DNA of 56,754 bases from positions 26,164,001 through 26,220,754 of the forward strand of contig NC_086109.1 of assembly GCF_963921235.1 (NCBI RefSeq), read 5' to 3'. Positions within the stretch are counted from its first letter, which is position 1, and each line of letters opens with the position of its first letter. The stretch is from Mobula hypostoma (taxonomy: Eukaryota). The notes under the pieces were generated by a model. The model ran no database searches. It saw only the letters and a program-made list of their open reading frames with translations, and had not been told where the DNA came from. The position numbers and the translations under genes are program-made. Positions 11,355 to 24,413 of the stretch are shown piece by piece.

Positions 11355-13390
11355 CAAAAAGTTCAAAGTTCAAAGTAAAATTTGTTATCAGGGTACATAG
11401 ATGTTGCCATTTACAACCCTGAGATTCTTTTTCCTGCAGGCATACTTAATAAATCTAGAGAACAGTAACAGTAAACAGGATCACTGAACAACAAACTATG
11501 GCAATGCAAATATAAATAATTAGCAATAAATAATGAGAGCATGAAATGACAAGATAAATAGTCCTTAAAGTGAGACCCTTGTTTTAGGAACACCAGAAAT
11601 AGAACAGGAACATTACCTTTTAAATCTACTCCTCAGCTTTTTTTCTTCCAGTCCTGCTGAAAGGTTTTAGCCTGAAATGTTGACTGTGCTGTTTTTCTAG
11701 ATGCTGCCTAGCCTGCTGAGTTCCTCCAGCAATTTTGTGTGTGTTGCTTGGATTTCCAGCATCTGCAGATTTTCTCTGGTTTGTGAGTGTAGTTATCCCC
11801 TTTTCTTCAAGACCCTTTTGGTTGAGGGGTAGTAACTGTTCTTGAAGCTGGTGCAAGTCCTGAGGCACCTGTACCTTCTACCTGATGGCAGCAGTAAGAA
11901 AAGAGCATGGCCTGGATGGTGAGGATCTTTGATGATGAATGCTGCTTTTCAACAGCTCAATGATGGGGATGGCTTTCTCCGTGATGAACTGGGCTGAATC
12001 TCTATCTTTTGTTGGATTTTCACCTCAAAGGCATTGGTGTTCCCATACCAGGCCATAATGCAGCCAGTCAGCACACTTCCACCACACATTTAGAGAAGAC
12101 TGCCAAGGTTTTGATGACATGCTAAATCTCTGCAGACTCCTGAGGAAGTAGAGACACTGTCGTGCTTTTTTTGCAATAATATTTATATGATGGGTACAGG
12201 ACAGAACCTCTGAGATAGTGACTGCCAGGAATTTAAAGTTATTAATCCTCTCCACCTCCGGTACTCCAGTGAGTATTAGCTCATGGAGCTTTGGTTTCCC
12301 TCTCCTGGAGTCTACATGCAGTTTCTTGGTCTTATTGACAATGAGTGAGAGGTTGTGGTTATGACACCACTCAGGCAAATTTTTAATCTCCCTCCTGTAT
12401 GCTGATTTATCACCAACTTTGATATGGCCCACAACTGTGGGGTCATCAGCAAACTTGTTTATGCTACTGGAGCTGTACTTAGCCACACAGTCAAAGACGT
12501 AAAGCAAGTAGAGCAGGGGACTAAACACACATCCCTGTGGTGCTTCTGTGCTAGTAGAGATTGTAGAGACATTTATGCCGATCCAAACTGACTGGGGTCT
12601 GCAAGTGAGGAAATCCAGGATCCAATTGCACAAGGAGGTATTGAAGCCCAGGTGTTGGAGTTTACTGATTAGTTTTGAGAGGATGATGGTATTAAATGCT
12701 GAGCTGTAATCGATAAAGAACATCCTGATGTTCACATCGTTGCTGTCTAGATGTTCCAGGGTTGTGCGAAGAGCTAACGAGATGGCACCTGTATAGACCT
12801 GTAGCTTTAGTAGGCAAATGGGAGCAGATCCAGGTCGCCACTCAGACAGGAGCTAATATGCTTCAAAACTAGCCTTTCAAAACACTTCATTACTGTGGAT
12901 GGAAGTGATAAGGAGCGATATTCTGAGGCAGGTTACCACGCTCTTCTTGGGAACCATTATGATTGAAGCCTGGTTGAAGATATCCGCCAACACCCCAGCC
13001 AGTTGGTCAGCACAAGTCTTCAGTATTCAGCCAGGTGCTCTGTCCGGACTGTATACTTTCCCTGGATTCACTCTCTTGATGGCAGCCCACACATCATCTT
13101 CAAATACTGAGAACAAAGGATCATCGGGAGACACGGGGATGTGTGATGGCTCCTCCCTGTACTAGTGATCAAAGCAAGCATAGAAGGCATTGAGATAATC
13201 TGGAAGCGATGCTCCAATGTTCCCAATATCGCAAGATTTAACTTTGTAGGAGGTTATGGCATTCAAATACCACCACAGCTGTTGAGCATCCCTCGTTGAT
13301 TCCTGTCTGGTCTAGAACCTCCACTTCACCCGTGAGATGGCTTTCCTGAGATCATACCTGCACCTCCTGTAGCATTCTTGATCTCCAGAC
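11355..13390 (-). mobile_element. Rex1/Babar-like LINE RT fragment, interrupted at ~11625-11785 by a Penelope-terminus repeat
   Basis: ORF 12025-12735: '[15 protein letters not shown]', '[12 protein letters not shown]', 'KFADD', '[13 protein letters not shown]'; 3' tail (gttcaaa)n. Confidence 0.85.
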
Positions 13391-13419
13391 TTGATCTGGC
13401 TCTCAGCAAGTTCCACCGT

Positions 13420-13770
13420 GAGACTCAGATTATTGTTCTCGCACTATTTGACAGGCATCTCTACCTCCTCTCTGTATGCTGAGTCATCATTGTTGCCAAT
13501 GGGACCAGCCACTGCAGTATCAACAGTGAACTTGATGATGTGGGTTGAGCTGGATCTGGCAGTTCAGTTGAGAATCAGCAGTGTGAACAGCAGCGGAATG
13601 AGCACACAACCCTGGGGACACCGTGAAGGGGTTTCAGATATTGCTGCTAACTTGACTAACTGGGGTCTTTCTGTCAAGAAGACCAGTTACAGAGAGGGGT
13701 GTTGAATTCCAGCAGGACTGTTTACCCACCAGCCTCTAAGGGATGATTGTATTAAATGAACAACATCCTA
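13420..13770 (-). mobile_element. Older Rex/L2-class LINE RT fragment
   Basis: Reverse strand gives 'PQGCVLIPLLF...IIKFTVDT' RT-like residues. Confidence 0.55.
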
Positions 13771-14723
13771 GGAATGTTGTTGATCAAGCTGATCAATGTG
13801 AGAAGCTATGGTAAGAAAGTCAAAGGAACATATCCTATTGCAGTTTACTAAAGTTCATGATATACTAACAATGAAGCCTTCATTAAGGATTGTATATAAA
13901 TCTTCCCCTATATGTCATCAATATATAGGCATTCTCTGTAACTCCTGCCTAATAGAACCTGGCTGATGAGAACATGGGGAGATGTCTGTAAAAAAATTGA
14001 ATTAGTGTAGATAGGTGACTCTATGACTTCAGTTTAACATGCCTGTGGCCAGCTTCCCATGTTCTACTTCCCTAAATTTTCTGATACCTAATATTCATAC
14101 AAAAGCCCTGCTCACCCAAGACCTCTGGGTGCACACTAATTCTTGCTTAAGCAATGCTTCAGTTTTAAATTTGAGTCTTGTTTTCAAATCTTAGCAAGAT
14201 AATACTTTTCCCTGTTCAAAAGGTCCCTCTGGTACTCCAGATGTGCAATATATCTGCAATTCTCCCACTTGGATAACTTGAGCACACTTAAATTTAATTG
14301 CTCTATTAATGAGACTACTTAAACAGCAAATCAGGAGAGCAAAGAGAAGATAAGAGATGGATCTGACAGGTAAGATTAAGAAAATCCCAAAACGTTGTAG
14401 TCCTATATTAAGAGCAAAGGGATGGCTAGGGAGCAGATCCCCTTTGATGTCACCAGCATTGCCCATGTCCATATCTGCAAAACTACAAATGGAAAAACAC
14501 CTTAATCTGCAGCAGAGCTGTCTTACGTAGGTTGTCCCAAAACAGTTGATCAAGCTATCAGGACAAGTAAATTAAAATTAGTATTATATTATGTATAAGT
14601 ATGATCACCATAGCAGTATATAATGTCTAATAAACCCAAATCGTGATTACATAAATATGAAGTTTCACAGATTTTAATGGCAGGGCTACTTCTTTCTATA
14701 TAGTTGTTTTACTTAAACATATA

Positions 14724-15838
14724 TTTTCGGATGGATGGACTCAGTGTCGGCTGTGGTCGGCTGCTTCCAAGGCATCGGCAAGTTGATGGTGCCTGGAGGT
14801 TTATGGCAGGGAGTTTCTCCCTTTTGCCGCCTGCTATCGGGGACTCGGGAGTTGATTGACTCAGGGACTTTTGAGACTTTATTTACCATGCCCATGGTTT
14901 GTTCTTCATCAAATTATGGTATTGCTTTGCACTGCTGTAACTATAGGTTATAATTATGTGGTTCTGTCAGTGTTAGTCTTTGGTTTGTCCTGTTTTCTGT
15001 GATATTCAAAGATTCAAGATTCAAGATTCAAAAAACTTTATTGTCATTCTAACCGTACATCAGCTCTGCAGGGCAGAATGAGACAGCGTTTCTCAGGAGC
15101 AGTGCAATCATAACATAACAAACGCAACACTAAATAATAAACATAACAATAAATAGTAAAACACAACAGCCGCATGTCAGTTAAAATCAGCTATAAGTGT
15201 CCAGTGCAAGTTAAAAATGTCCAAAGCAGAGTCAGGTAGAGCAGCTATTTAGCAGTCTGACTGCCTGTGGGAGGAAGCTGTTTAGTAGCCTTGTGGTTTT
15301 AGTTTTGATGCTCCTGTAACGTTTGCCTGATGGCAGAAGAACAAACAGTTCATGGAGAGGGTGTCAGGGGTCTTTGATGATCTACCGTGTCTTCTGGAGG
15401 CATCAGCTCTGAAAGAGGTCTTGGACAGAAGGTAGGCAGACCCCAATAACCTCTGCTCCCTTAACCACCCTCTGCAAGGCTTTTTTGTTGACAGCACTGC
15501 AGCTGGAGTACCAGGTTGTGATGCAAAAGGTCAGCACACTCTCAACCACGCCTCTGTAGAATGTAGTTAAGATGTTAGTGGGGAGTGATGCTTGTTTAAG
15601 CTTCCTCAGAAAGTGCAATCTCTGCTGGGCCCGTTTCACAATCACAATCCCAGTGGTGTTCCTGGACCAGGTGAGATTGTCCGAGATCTGCACCCCAAGG
15701 AACTTGATGTTTTCCACTCTCTCCACTGTGGAGCCGCTGACATATCACTCCAGAGAAACATTGTATCATTTCTTAATGTATGTATGCATTTCTAAATGGC
15801 AATAAAAGAGGACTGAGTGTTCTCATAATCTAATCTAA
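14724..15838 (+). mobile_element. Non-autonomous retroelement with (TCTAA)n tail, split by a Rex insertion
   Basis: 14724-15004 and 15742-15838 are colinear with the reverse complement of 40645-41331 and 16139-16690; no coding capacity. Confidence 0.7.
15005..15741 (-). mobile_element. Rex1/Babar-like LINE 3' fragment
   Basis: ORF 15403-15726 'ERVENIKFLGVQISDNLTWS...KRAQQRLHFLRKL...ESVLTFCITTWY'; (attcaag)n tail. Confidence 0.85.
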
Positions 15839-15962
15839 ATAAAATATGTCGACTTTTTTTAAATGGGGTGGGGTGAGCCAAATCATTTCCTAATTAGAGA
15901 TAGCTTGTGTTAGTTTGAAGAAACAAACCAGTCACCTTTTAAGATAGAAAAGGTTATTCATT

Positions 15963-16130
15963 AGGGTGGCATTGTGATGCTGTTCTTCCACTCCAGAATC
16001 TCATGTTCTATGCTGGCCATTGGCGTTGTCTGTATGATGTTCCCACTCCCTGTGACTACGTATTCCCACTTTCTAAGATGTGTGGATTGATAGTTTGATT
16101 GTCCAGCTTAAATTACCTTTAGTGGTGGTT
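15963..16130 (+). mobile_element. Highly decayed V-SINE
   Basis: Residual V-domain 'atgatgttcccactccctgtgact...ttcccactttctaagatgtg...gattgtccagcttaaattacc'. Confidence 0.45.
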
Positions 16131-16138
16131 TCTGTGGG

Positions 16139-16690
16139 AATTATGATTATGAAGACACGCAGTCCCCTTTTATTGTCATTAAGTAATGCATGCATTAAGA
16201 AATGATAAAAATGTTTTTCCAGAATGATATCACAAAAACACATGACAAACCGACTTAAAAACTAACAAAAACACATAATTATAACATATAGTTTAATACC
16301 GTAATTTGATAACAGACCATGGCACAGTAAAAATCTCAAAGTCTCTCAAAAGTCCCATCATCTCACACAGACGGTAAACCTCCAGCGCCGCCAGCTTACT
16401 GATGCAGCATCCCGGAAGCATCCGACCACAGTCCGACTCCAAGTCCATCCAAAAAACTCCAAGCCTCCGACCACCTATCACCGAGCACCATCTCTGCCAA
16501 GCGCTTCGACCCCGGCCCCGGTAACAGGCGATACGCAAAGCCAAGGATTTGGGGCCTTCGTCTCCGGAGATTCTCGATCGCACAGTAGCAGTGGCAGCGA
16601 AGCGGGCATTTCAGAAGTTACTCCAGATGTTCCTCTGCGCTTCTCACGGCTGTGTCCATCAAATCCAGATTGTGCACGGCACCCTTAGTT
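16139..16690 (-). mobile_element. Non-autonomous retroelement, same family as 40645-41331
   Basis: Long colinear similarity to 40655-41260. Confidence 0.75.
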
Positions 16691-16978
16691 AGTTGATGGA
16701 AACACAGTGAGAATAAAGTCATATTGACTTGAGATTAGTGTAAAATCTTGACAGAATCTGTGGGTAGGATTTGCTTCCATTCTGGATTATTTCACATACC
16801 AGTACCCCAGCAACTGATTCTGTTTATAAATACAAATCTTTTTTCTACTCTTCAGATAGTGCTCTTAGGTTTTCTTCTTGAACCATGAAAGCAGCTTGAT
16901 GCAACATCTCGTTTGCTGAGCTATATCATAGAACAGAAATCTCAGGAAATGTTGCAATAGACTAGCATGATCCTTATA

Positions 16979-17295
16979 TGTGTTGGCGTGTGGCCAAGTG
17001 GTTAAGGCGTTCGTCTAGTGATCTGAAGGTCACTAGTTCAAGCCTTGGTTGAGGCAGCGTGTTGTGTCCTTGAGCAAGGCACTTAACCACACATTGCTCT
17101 GCGACGACACAGGTGCCAAGCTGTATGGGTCCTAATGCCCTTCCCTTGGACAACATCGGTGGCGCGGAGAGGGGAGACTTGCAGCATGGGCAACTGCCGG
17201 TCTTCCATACAACCTTGCCCAGGCCTGTGCCCTGGAAACCTTCCAAGGCGCAAATCAGTGGTCTCACGAGACTAACGGATGCCTAAGAAGAAGAA
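16979..17295 (+). mobile_element. tRNA-derived SINE with CORE-like segment and (AAG)n tail
   Basis: A box TGGCCAAGTGG, B box GTTCAAGCC, 'tgtccttgagcaaggcacttaac' CORE-like; TSD gatccttata (16969-16978) / gacccttata (17296-17305). Confidence 0.8.
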
Positions 17296-17879
17296 GACCC
17301 TTATACCTACAGTAAACATAAACTGCAGAATCAAGATATTATTTGTTTTTGATTGTCAGCACAAATCTATGCAAGATAATTACTAGGCCCTGTATTGAAT
17401 GGATGAAATTTATAGCCAGCCAGCATAAGTGAGTTTCTCTGTCTTTTTTGCAGGCAGCCATGAAGCAGGTAACAGCTCCATTCAGGACATTGTAGCAGAG
17501 AGACAAAATAATTTGTTGACCGATCCAATGCTATGAACCAGAGATAAATTCAATTTTTCTGAGCTGCCTTGGTGGGATATGAATTAAATACTTAACTATC
17601 AGAATGTTGAAAACTAGTGTCACTGATTAAATTTACATGTATTTGTAGAAACCTACTTGTTACATAGATATATGAATTAAGGGCATTCATTCCCTCAAGT
17701 TTGATCTACCCTTCAATAAGATCACAGCCTCGTTGACTTTAACCTGCTACCTCCAGTAGCTTTCACTCCATTGCTTATTAAGAATCTACCTATCCCAGTT
17801 TTAATATTGTTCAGAGACTCTCTTTGTATCCACTACTGTTTGCGGAAGAGCCTTCCGAACATCTGCTGAGAGAAAATAG

Positions 17880-18180
17880 TTAAGATTAGCTTCATTTGTC
17901 ACACGTTAGTCGAAACATACAGTGAAATACATCATTTGCATCAAGTCAGCAAGAATTGTGCTACACGCAAGTGCTGTTTTGGTACCAATATAGTATACTC
18001 ACAACACACTCGTCCTAACTGTACATCTCTGAAATGTGGGAGGAAATGGGATCTCCCAGAGGAAACACACAGTCACATGAGAACATACAAACTTCTTACA
18101 GGCAGCAAGAAATTAAAACCTGGTTGGTGATTGCTGGCATGATAAAGTGACACACTAATTGCTACAGTACCATGCCACTC
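17880..18180 (-). mobile_element. V-SINE (HE1-like)
   Basis: Reverse complement contains V-domain 'agtttgtatgttctc...gtttcctctgggag...tttcctcccac' and a degraded tRNA head. Confidence 0.65.
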
Positions 18181-18879
18181 CACATGAAATAAAACATTTT
18201 GCATTCCCTTAGTTTTGAATGATCGATGTGCTTATTGTAAAATGTTAGCTCCAAATTCTAGCGGCTCCCATGTGTAAATATTCTCCTTACATCCATTTGA
18301 TCAGGACCTCTCAAAATCTGTTTAGAGCAGGAAATCGGACTCGGAACTTACAACAATATGGTTGACCTTTCATAGCTCTTTGAAGATCTTAGCAAGCCAT
18401 TCACTTCAAAGGAAAATTAATGAAGAGCATGAAATGCTGGCATTGCTAATGACACCACATTTTTGACGCAAAAAGAAGACAGGATCTCTAGTGGTAAATA
18501 AAGATGGTATTTAAAGTACCTTTTATTATGGCTGCTAATACATATTATTCAGGTGCACTTTGACCAGTTGGGATACAAATGCAAAGCTGAAATCCATCTG
18601 GACCCTATATTATTTGCCAGGACATCAAACAAGCTTGAATACTAAACTCTATCTTTTTTAATGCAGCGTGCTCAGTTAATGTGAGACATCAAATTACATT
18701 GGTCAGATAAGCTGAAGAAATGGATTCAGCAGCTGATTTTTGTCAGAGGCAATGTGCATGCTTCTTATGTAGTGTAACAGGAGATTATCACTTACCTCAA
18801 GATCAGCCATGGATTTAAGAGGACCACTGGAATTAGAGAGGAAATGTATTTCTAGAGAAAGCATGCATCAAAATGAAAG

Positions 18880-19362
18880 ACTGAGTTCATGGCCTGCTGC
18901 TGTAGCCCATCGACTTCAGGATTCGACTTGTGTGTCTAAAGATGCTCTTCTGTACACAACTGTTATAACACCTGGTTATTTGAGTTCCTGTTGCCTTCCT
19001 GTCAGCTTGAACTTGTCTGGCCACTCCCTTTTGAACTCACTCATTTCACCCACAGAACTGCTGCTCACTGGTTGATAACTGTTTTTCACACCATTCTCTG
19101 TAAACTCTGGAGTAGGCTGTGCATCAAGATACCAAGAGATCAGCAGTTTCTGAGCTAATCAAACCACCCCACCACCAATAATTATTTCACAGTCAAAATC
19201 ACTTAGATCAAATTTATTCCCCATTCTGATGTTCGAACTGAACAACGATTGACCCTCTTGATCATGTCTGCATGGTTTTATGCATTGAGTTGCTGCATGT
19301 GATTAGCTGATTAGATACTTGCATTAACGAGCTGGTGCACCATTTAAAGTGGCCACTGAGTG
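18880..19362. mobile_element. Tc1/mariner-type non-autonomous DNA transposon remnant (one end)
   Basis: Ends 'taaagtggccactgagtg' followed by TA; partner TIR not found. Confidence 0.55.
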
Positions 19363-20150
19363 TATATTCTATGTACTAGATGTACATCAGCAAGGTACAA
19401 TTCTAGCCCTAAAGCTGAGAGCAGTATAATATGTGTGTTTATTTCATGCTGATGAGACACCGAAGTGGCAATATGAAGGTAAGTGAGCTAATAATATCAA
19501 AGAGGATTTCAAAAACAAAATCAGATATATAAAGAGTAGAAGAGAGCTGAGAATATATAGTTGACTGCTGAAGAATGACGCTGGAGAGATAGTAACGGGG
19601 GACAAGGAAATGGGGGACAAACTGAATAAGTGCTGTATTTTGCATCAGTCTTTGCTGTGGAAGACACTAGTAGTATGCCTGAAGTTCGAGAGTGTCAGGG
19701 GGCAGAAGAGAGAGCAGTTGCCATTGTTGGGAGATGGTGCTTGGGAAAGTGAATGGCCTGAAGGTAGATAAGTCACCTGATTAACTACAACCCAGGGTTC
19801 TGAGACAGGTGGTTGAAGGGATGGTGGAGGCATTAGTAGTGATCTTTCCAGAATCAATAGATTCTGCCATAGTTCTGAAGAACTGGAACATTGCAAATGT
19901 CATTCCACTCTTCAAGAAGGGAGGGAAGTAGAAGAAAGGAAATTTCTTCAGCAGTTTGATCGAGGCACGACTGCGCAAGTGTGTGGACGTCAGCCAGTTA
20001 GAACAGCGAGAAGCGTTTATAAGGAGACAGCTTTATAGAGCAGGCGACAGAGGAGTGGGAGAAAGAGTAGGAAGGCTTTGGCTCAACGGGGCTTAGGCAT
20101 TAACGGGTTGAGGGGAGGTAGGTTGCCGGTGTAGAATACAGACAGAAAGT

Positions 20151-20885
20151 ATGTGTGTGAGGTCAGTGTTCTGTGCTCGGTGTCAGATGTGGGAAGTCCT
20201 GGTGACTCCCAGCCTCCCGGACGGCCACATCTGCGCCAGGTGCATCGAGCTGCAGCTCCTTAGGGACCACATTAGGGAACTGGAGATGCAACTCGATAAC
20301 CTTTGTCTGGTCAGGGAGAGTGAGGAGGTGATAGAGAGGAGCTATAGGAGGGTGGTCACACTGGGGCCTCAGGAGACAGATAGGTGGCTAACAGTCAGGA
20401 GAGGGAAGGGCAAGAGTCAAATGCTAGAGAGTACCCCTGTGGCTGTCCCCCTTAACTTCTGTTTGAGTACTGTTTGGGAGGATGGCCTACCTGGGGGAAG
20501 CAACAATGGCTGCGCCTCTGGCACAGAGTCCAGCCCTGTGGCTCAGAAGGGTAGGGAAAGGAAGAGGCTGGAAGCAGTGATAGGGGACTGTATAGTTAGG
20601 GGGACAGACAACCTATTCTGTGGATGCAGGAAAGAAATACGGATGGTAGTTTGACTCCCAGGTGCCAGGGTCTGGGATGTTTCTGATCGCGTCCATGATA
20701 TCCTGAACGGGGAAGGAGAACTGAGAGATTGGAGCAGAGGGCAGGGATTCAGATTTCTGGATCATTGGGACCTCTTTTGGGGCAGGCGTGACCTGTACAA
20801 AAAGGTTGGGTTGCACCTGAATCCCAGGGGACCAATATCCTGGCTGGGAGGTTTGCAAAGGCTATTGAGGGGAGTTTAAACTAGA
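20151..20885 (+). pseudogene. CR1 ORF1 remnant (zinc finger/leucine zipper + SGNH esterase-like domain)
   Basis: CxxC...CxxC then a heptad Leu run; 'AVIGDCIVRG' (GDS-like block I) and 'GLHLN' downstream; stop at 20652 and internal deletion. Confidence 0.75.
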
Positions 20886-22100
20886 ATTGCTGGGGGGTGG
20901 GGGGTGGGAACCAAACTGAAGAGATGGAGGAAGAGGCGGTTGGCTCACAAATAGAGAAAGCTTAGAGACAGTACGAGAGGGAGGATAGGCAGGTGATAGA
21001 GAAGGGACATGCTTGGACTGATGGTTTGAGATGTGTCTATTTTAATGCAAAAAGTATTATGAGCAAAGTGGATGAGCTTAGGGAGTGGATCAGTACTTGG
21101 AGCTATGATATTGTGGCCATTACAGAGACTTGGATGGCTCAGGGGCAGGAATGGTTACTTCGAGTGCCAGGCTTTAGATGTTTCAGAGAGGACAGGGAGG
21201 GAGGCAAAAGAGGTGGGGGCATAGCACTGTTGATCAGAGATAGTGTCATGGCTGTAGAAAAGGAGGATTCAATAACTCTACTGGGTGTTTTTGATAGACC
21301 ACCCAATAGTAACAGGGACATCGAGAGCAGACAGGGAGACAGATTCTGTAAAGGTGTAATAATAACAGGATTGTTGTGGTGGGAGATTTTAATTTCCCGA
21401 ATATCAATTGGCATGTCCCGAGAGCAAGGGGTTTAGATGGGGTGGAGTTTGTTAGGTGTGTTCAGGAAGGTTTCTTGACACAGTATGTAGATAAGCCTAC
21501 AAGAGGAGAGATAGTGATCGTAATTCTATCTCCTTTACCATAGCTTCGCAGAGGGACAGGAACAGACAAGTTAGGAAAGCATTTAATTGGAGTAAGGGGA
21601 AATATGAGACTATCAGGCAGTGTGACAGATGTGGACTGTGCCTTTAAAAGGGGGGAGAAAGGGGGGAGAGAGAGAGAGAGAGAGAGAAACTGACTACAGT
21701 ACTGCTTCCTGCTTCTGGATTGCTGTGGTGAGAGAGAGGTGGAGTTATGTGATGGACAGTTCGATATTTACAGTTACTTCGCAGTGTGTTTATTTAAGCA
21801 AGGTCAAATGACTCTCACGGACACAGAGTGGAACACCAGTTAAGACGACCGATCAACAAAAGGAAGCCAATGACAGAAGAGTCACTGGGTGGAACTTTCG
21901 AGTGCCCACAAGGATGGGTTGAGGATCGATCAGTGGCTATCACAGTGTGTAGAAGGGCTGACCCTGTGGAGGCTACCGGTGTGTCTACCCTTGCCTGGGT
22001 GGTAGTTTTCCCTCAAAGACAGTCCCCTTTATGATAAGCAACATACATCAAAGTTGCTGGTGAACGCAGCAGGCCAAGCAGCATCTATAGGAAGAGGCGC

Positions 22101-22136
22101 AGTCGACGTTTCAGGCCGAGACCCTTCGTCAGGACT
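22101..22136 (-). ncRNA. Minimal type I hammerhead ribozyme motif (Penelope-associated)
   Basis: Reverse complement AGUC-CUGACGA-AGGgucucggCCU-GAAA-C-GUC-GACU. Confidence 0.75.
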
Positions 22137-24377
22137 AACTGAAGGAAGAGTGAGTAAGGGATTTGAAAGCTGGAGGGGGAGGGGGAGATGCAAAATGATA
22201 GGAGAAAACAGGAGGGGGAGGGATAGAGCCGAGAGCTGGACAGGTGTAGGCAAAAGGGGATACGAGAGGATCATGGGACGGGAGGTCTGGGAAGAAAGAC
22301 AAGGGGGGGGGTGTGACCCAGAGGATGGGCATGAGGTATATTCAGAGGGACAGAGGGAGAAAAAGGAGAGTGAGAGAAAGAATGTGTGCATAAAAATGAG
22401 TAACAGATGGGGTACGAGGGGGAGGTGGGGCCTTAGCGGAAGTTAGAGAAGTCGAAGTTCATGCCATCAGGTTGGAGGCTACCCAGACGGAATATAAGGT
22501 GTTGTTCCTCCAACCTGAGTGTGGCTTCATCCTTACAGTAGAGGAGGCCGTGGATAGACATGTCAGAATGGGAATGGGATGTGGAATTAAAATGTGTGGC
22601 CACTGGGAGATCCTGCTTTCTCTGGCGGACAGAGCGTAGATGTTCAGCAAAGTGGTCTCCCAGTCTGCGTCGGGTCTCACCAATATATAAAAGGCCACAT
22701 CGGGAGCACCGGACGCAGTATATCACCCCAGTCGACTCACAGGTGAAGTGATGCCTCACCTGGAAGGACTGTTTGGGGCCCTGAATGGTGGTAAAGGAGG
22801 AAGTGTAAGGGCATGTGTAGCACTTGTTCCGCTTACACGGATAAGTGCCAGGAGGGAGATCAGTGGGGAGGGATGAGGGGGACGAATGGACAAGGGAGTT
22901 GTGTAGGGAGCGATCCCTGCGGAATGCAGGGGGGGGGAGGGAAAGATGTGCTTAGTGGTGGGATCCCGTTGGAGGTGGCAGAAGTTACGGAGAATAATAT
23001 GTTGGACCCGGAGGCTGGTGGGGTGGTAGGTGAGGACCAGGGGAACCCTATTCCTAGTGGGGTGGTGGGAGGATGGACCAGGTAAACCTGAGGGCAGGGT
23101 GAAAGTTTACCTGGTCCATTTCCGACACCTCCCTCCCCTTTCTAGATCTTTCTGCCTCTGTCTCTGGAGACAGCTTATCCACTGATGTCTACTATAAGCC
23201 TACTGACTCTCACAGCTATCTGGACTATTCCTCTTCTCACCCTGTCTCTTGCAAAAACGCCATCCCCTTCTCGCAATTCCTCCGTCTCCGCCGCATCTGC
23301 TCTCAGGATGAGGCTTTTCATTCTAGGACGAGGGAGATGTCTTCATTTTTTAAAGAAAGGGGCTTCCCTTCCTCCACTATCAACTCTGCTCTTAAACGCA
23401 ACTCCCCCATTTCACGTACATCTGCTCTCACTCCATCCTCCCACCACCCCACTTGGAATAGGGTTCCCCTGGTCCTCACCTACCACCCCACCAGCCTCCG
23501 GGTCCAACATATTATTCTCCGTAACTTCCGCCACCTCCAACGGGATCCCACCACTAAGCACATCTTTCCCTCCCCCCCTCTCTCTGCATTCCGCAGGGAT
23601 CGCTCCCTACACAACTCCCTTGTCCATTCGTCCCCCTCATCCCTCCCCACTGATCTCCCTCCTGGCACTTATCCGTGTAAGCAGAACAAGTGCTACACAT
23701 GCCCTTACACTTCCTCCCTTACCACCATTCAGGGCCCCAAACAGTCCTTCCAGGTGAGGCATCACTTCACCTGTGAGTCGACTGGGGTGATATACTGTGT
23801 CCGGTGCTCCCGATGTGGCCTTTTATATATTGGTGAGACCTGACGCAGACTGGGAGACCACTTTGCTGAACATCTACGCTCTGTCCGCCAGAGAAAGCAG
23901 GATCTCCCAGTGGCCACACATTTTAATTCCACATCCCATTCCCATTCTGACATGTCTATCCACGGCCTCCTCTACTGTAAAGATGAAGCCACACTCAGGT
24001 TGGAGGAACAACACCTTATATTCCATCTGGGTAGCCTCCAACCTGATGGCATGAATTTCGACTTCTCTAACTTCCGCTAAGGCCCCACCTCCCCCTCGTA
24101 CCCCATCTGTTACTCATTTTTATGCACACATTCTTTCTCTCACTCTCCTTTTTCTCCCTCTGTCCCTCTGAATATACCTCTTGCCCATCCTCTGGGTCAC
24201 CCCCCCCCACTTGTCTTTCTTCCCGGACCTCCTGTCCCATGATCCTCTCGTATCCCCTTTTGCCTATCACCTGTCCAGCTCTCGGCTCTATCCCTCCCCC
24301 TCCTGTCTTCTCCTATCATTTTGGATCTCCCCCTCCCCCTCCAGCTTTCAAATCCCTTACTCACTCTTCCTTCAGTT

Positions 24378-24413
24378 AGTCCTGACGAAGGGTCTCGGCC
24401 TGAAACGTCGACT
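24378..24413 (+). ncRNA. Minimal type I hammerhead ribozyme motif (Penelope-associated)
   Basis: Stem I AGUC/GACU, core CUGACGA (24382-24388), stem II AGG/CCU, GAAA (24402-24405), GUC triplet ending 24409; stem III reduced to palindromic ACGU. Confidence 0.78.
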
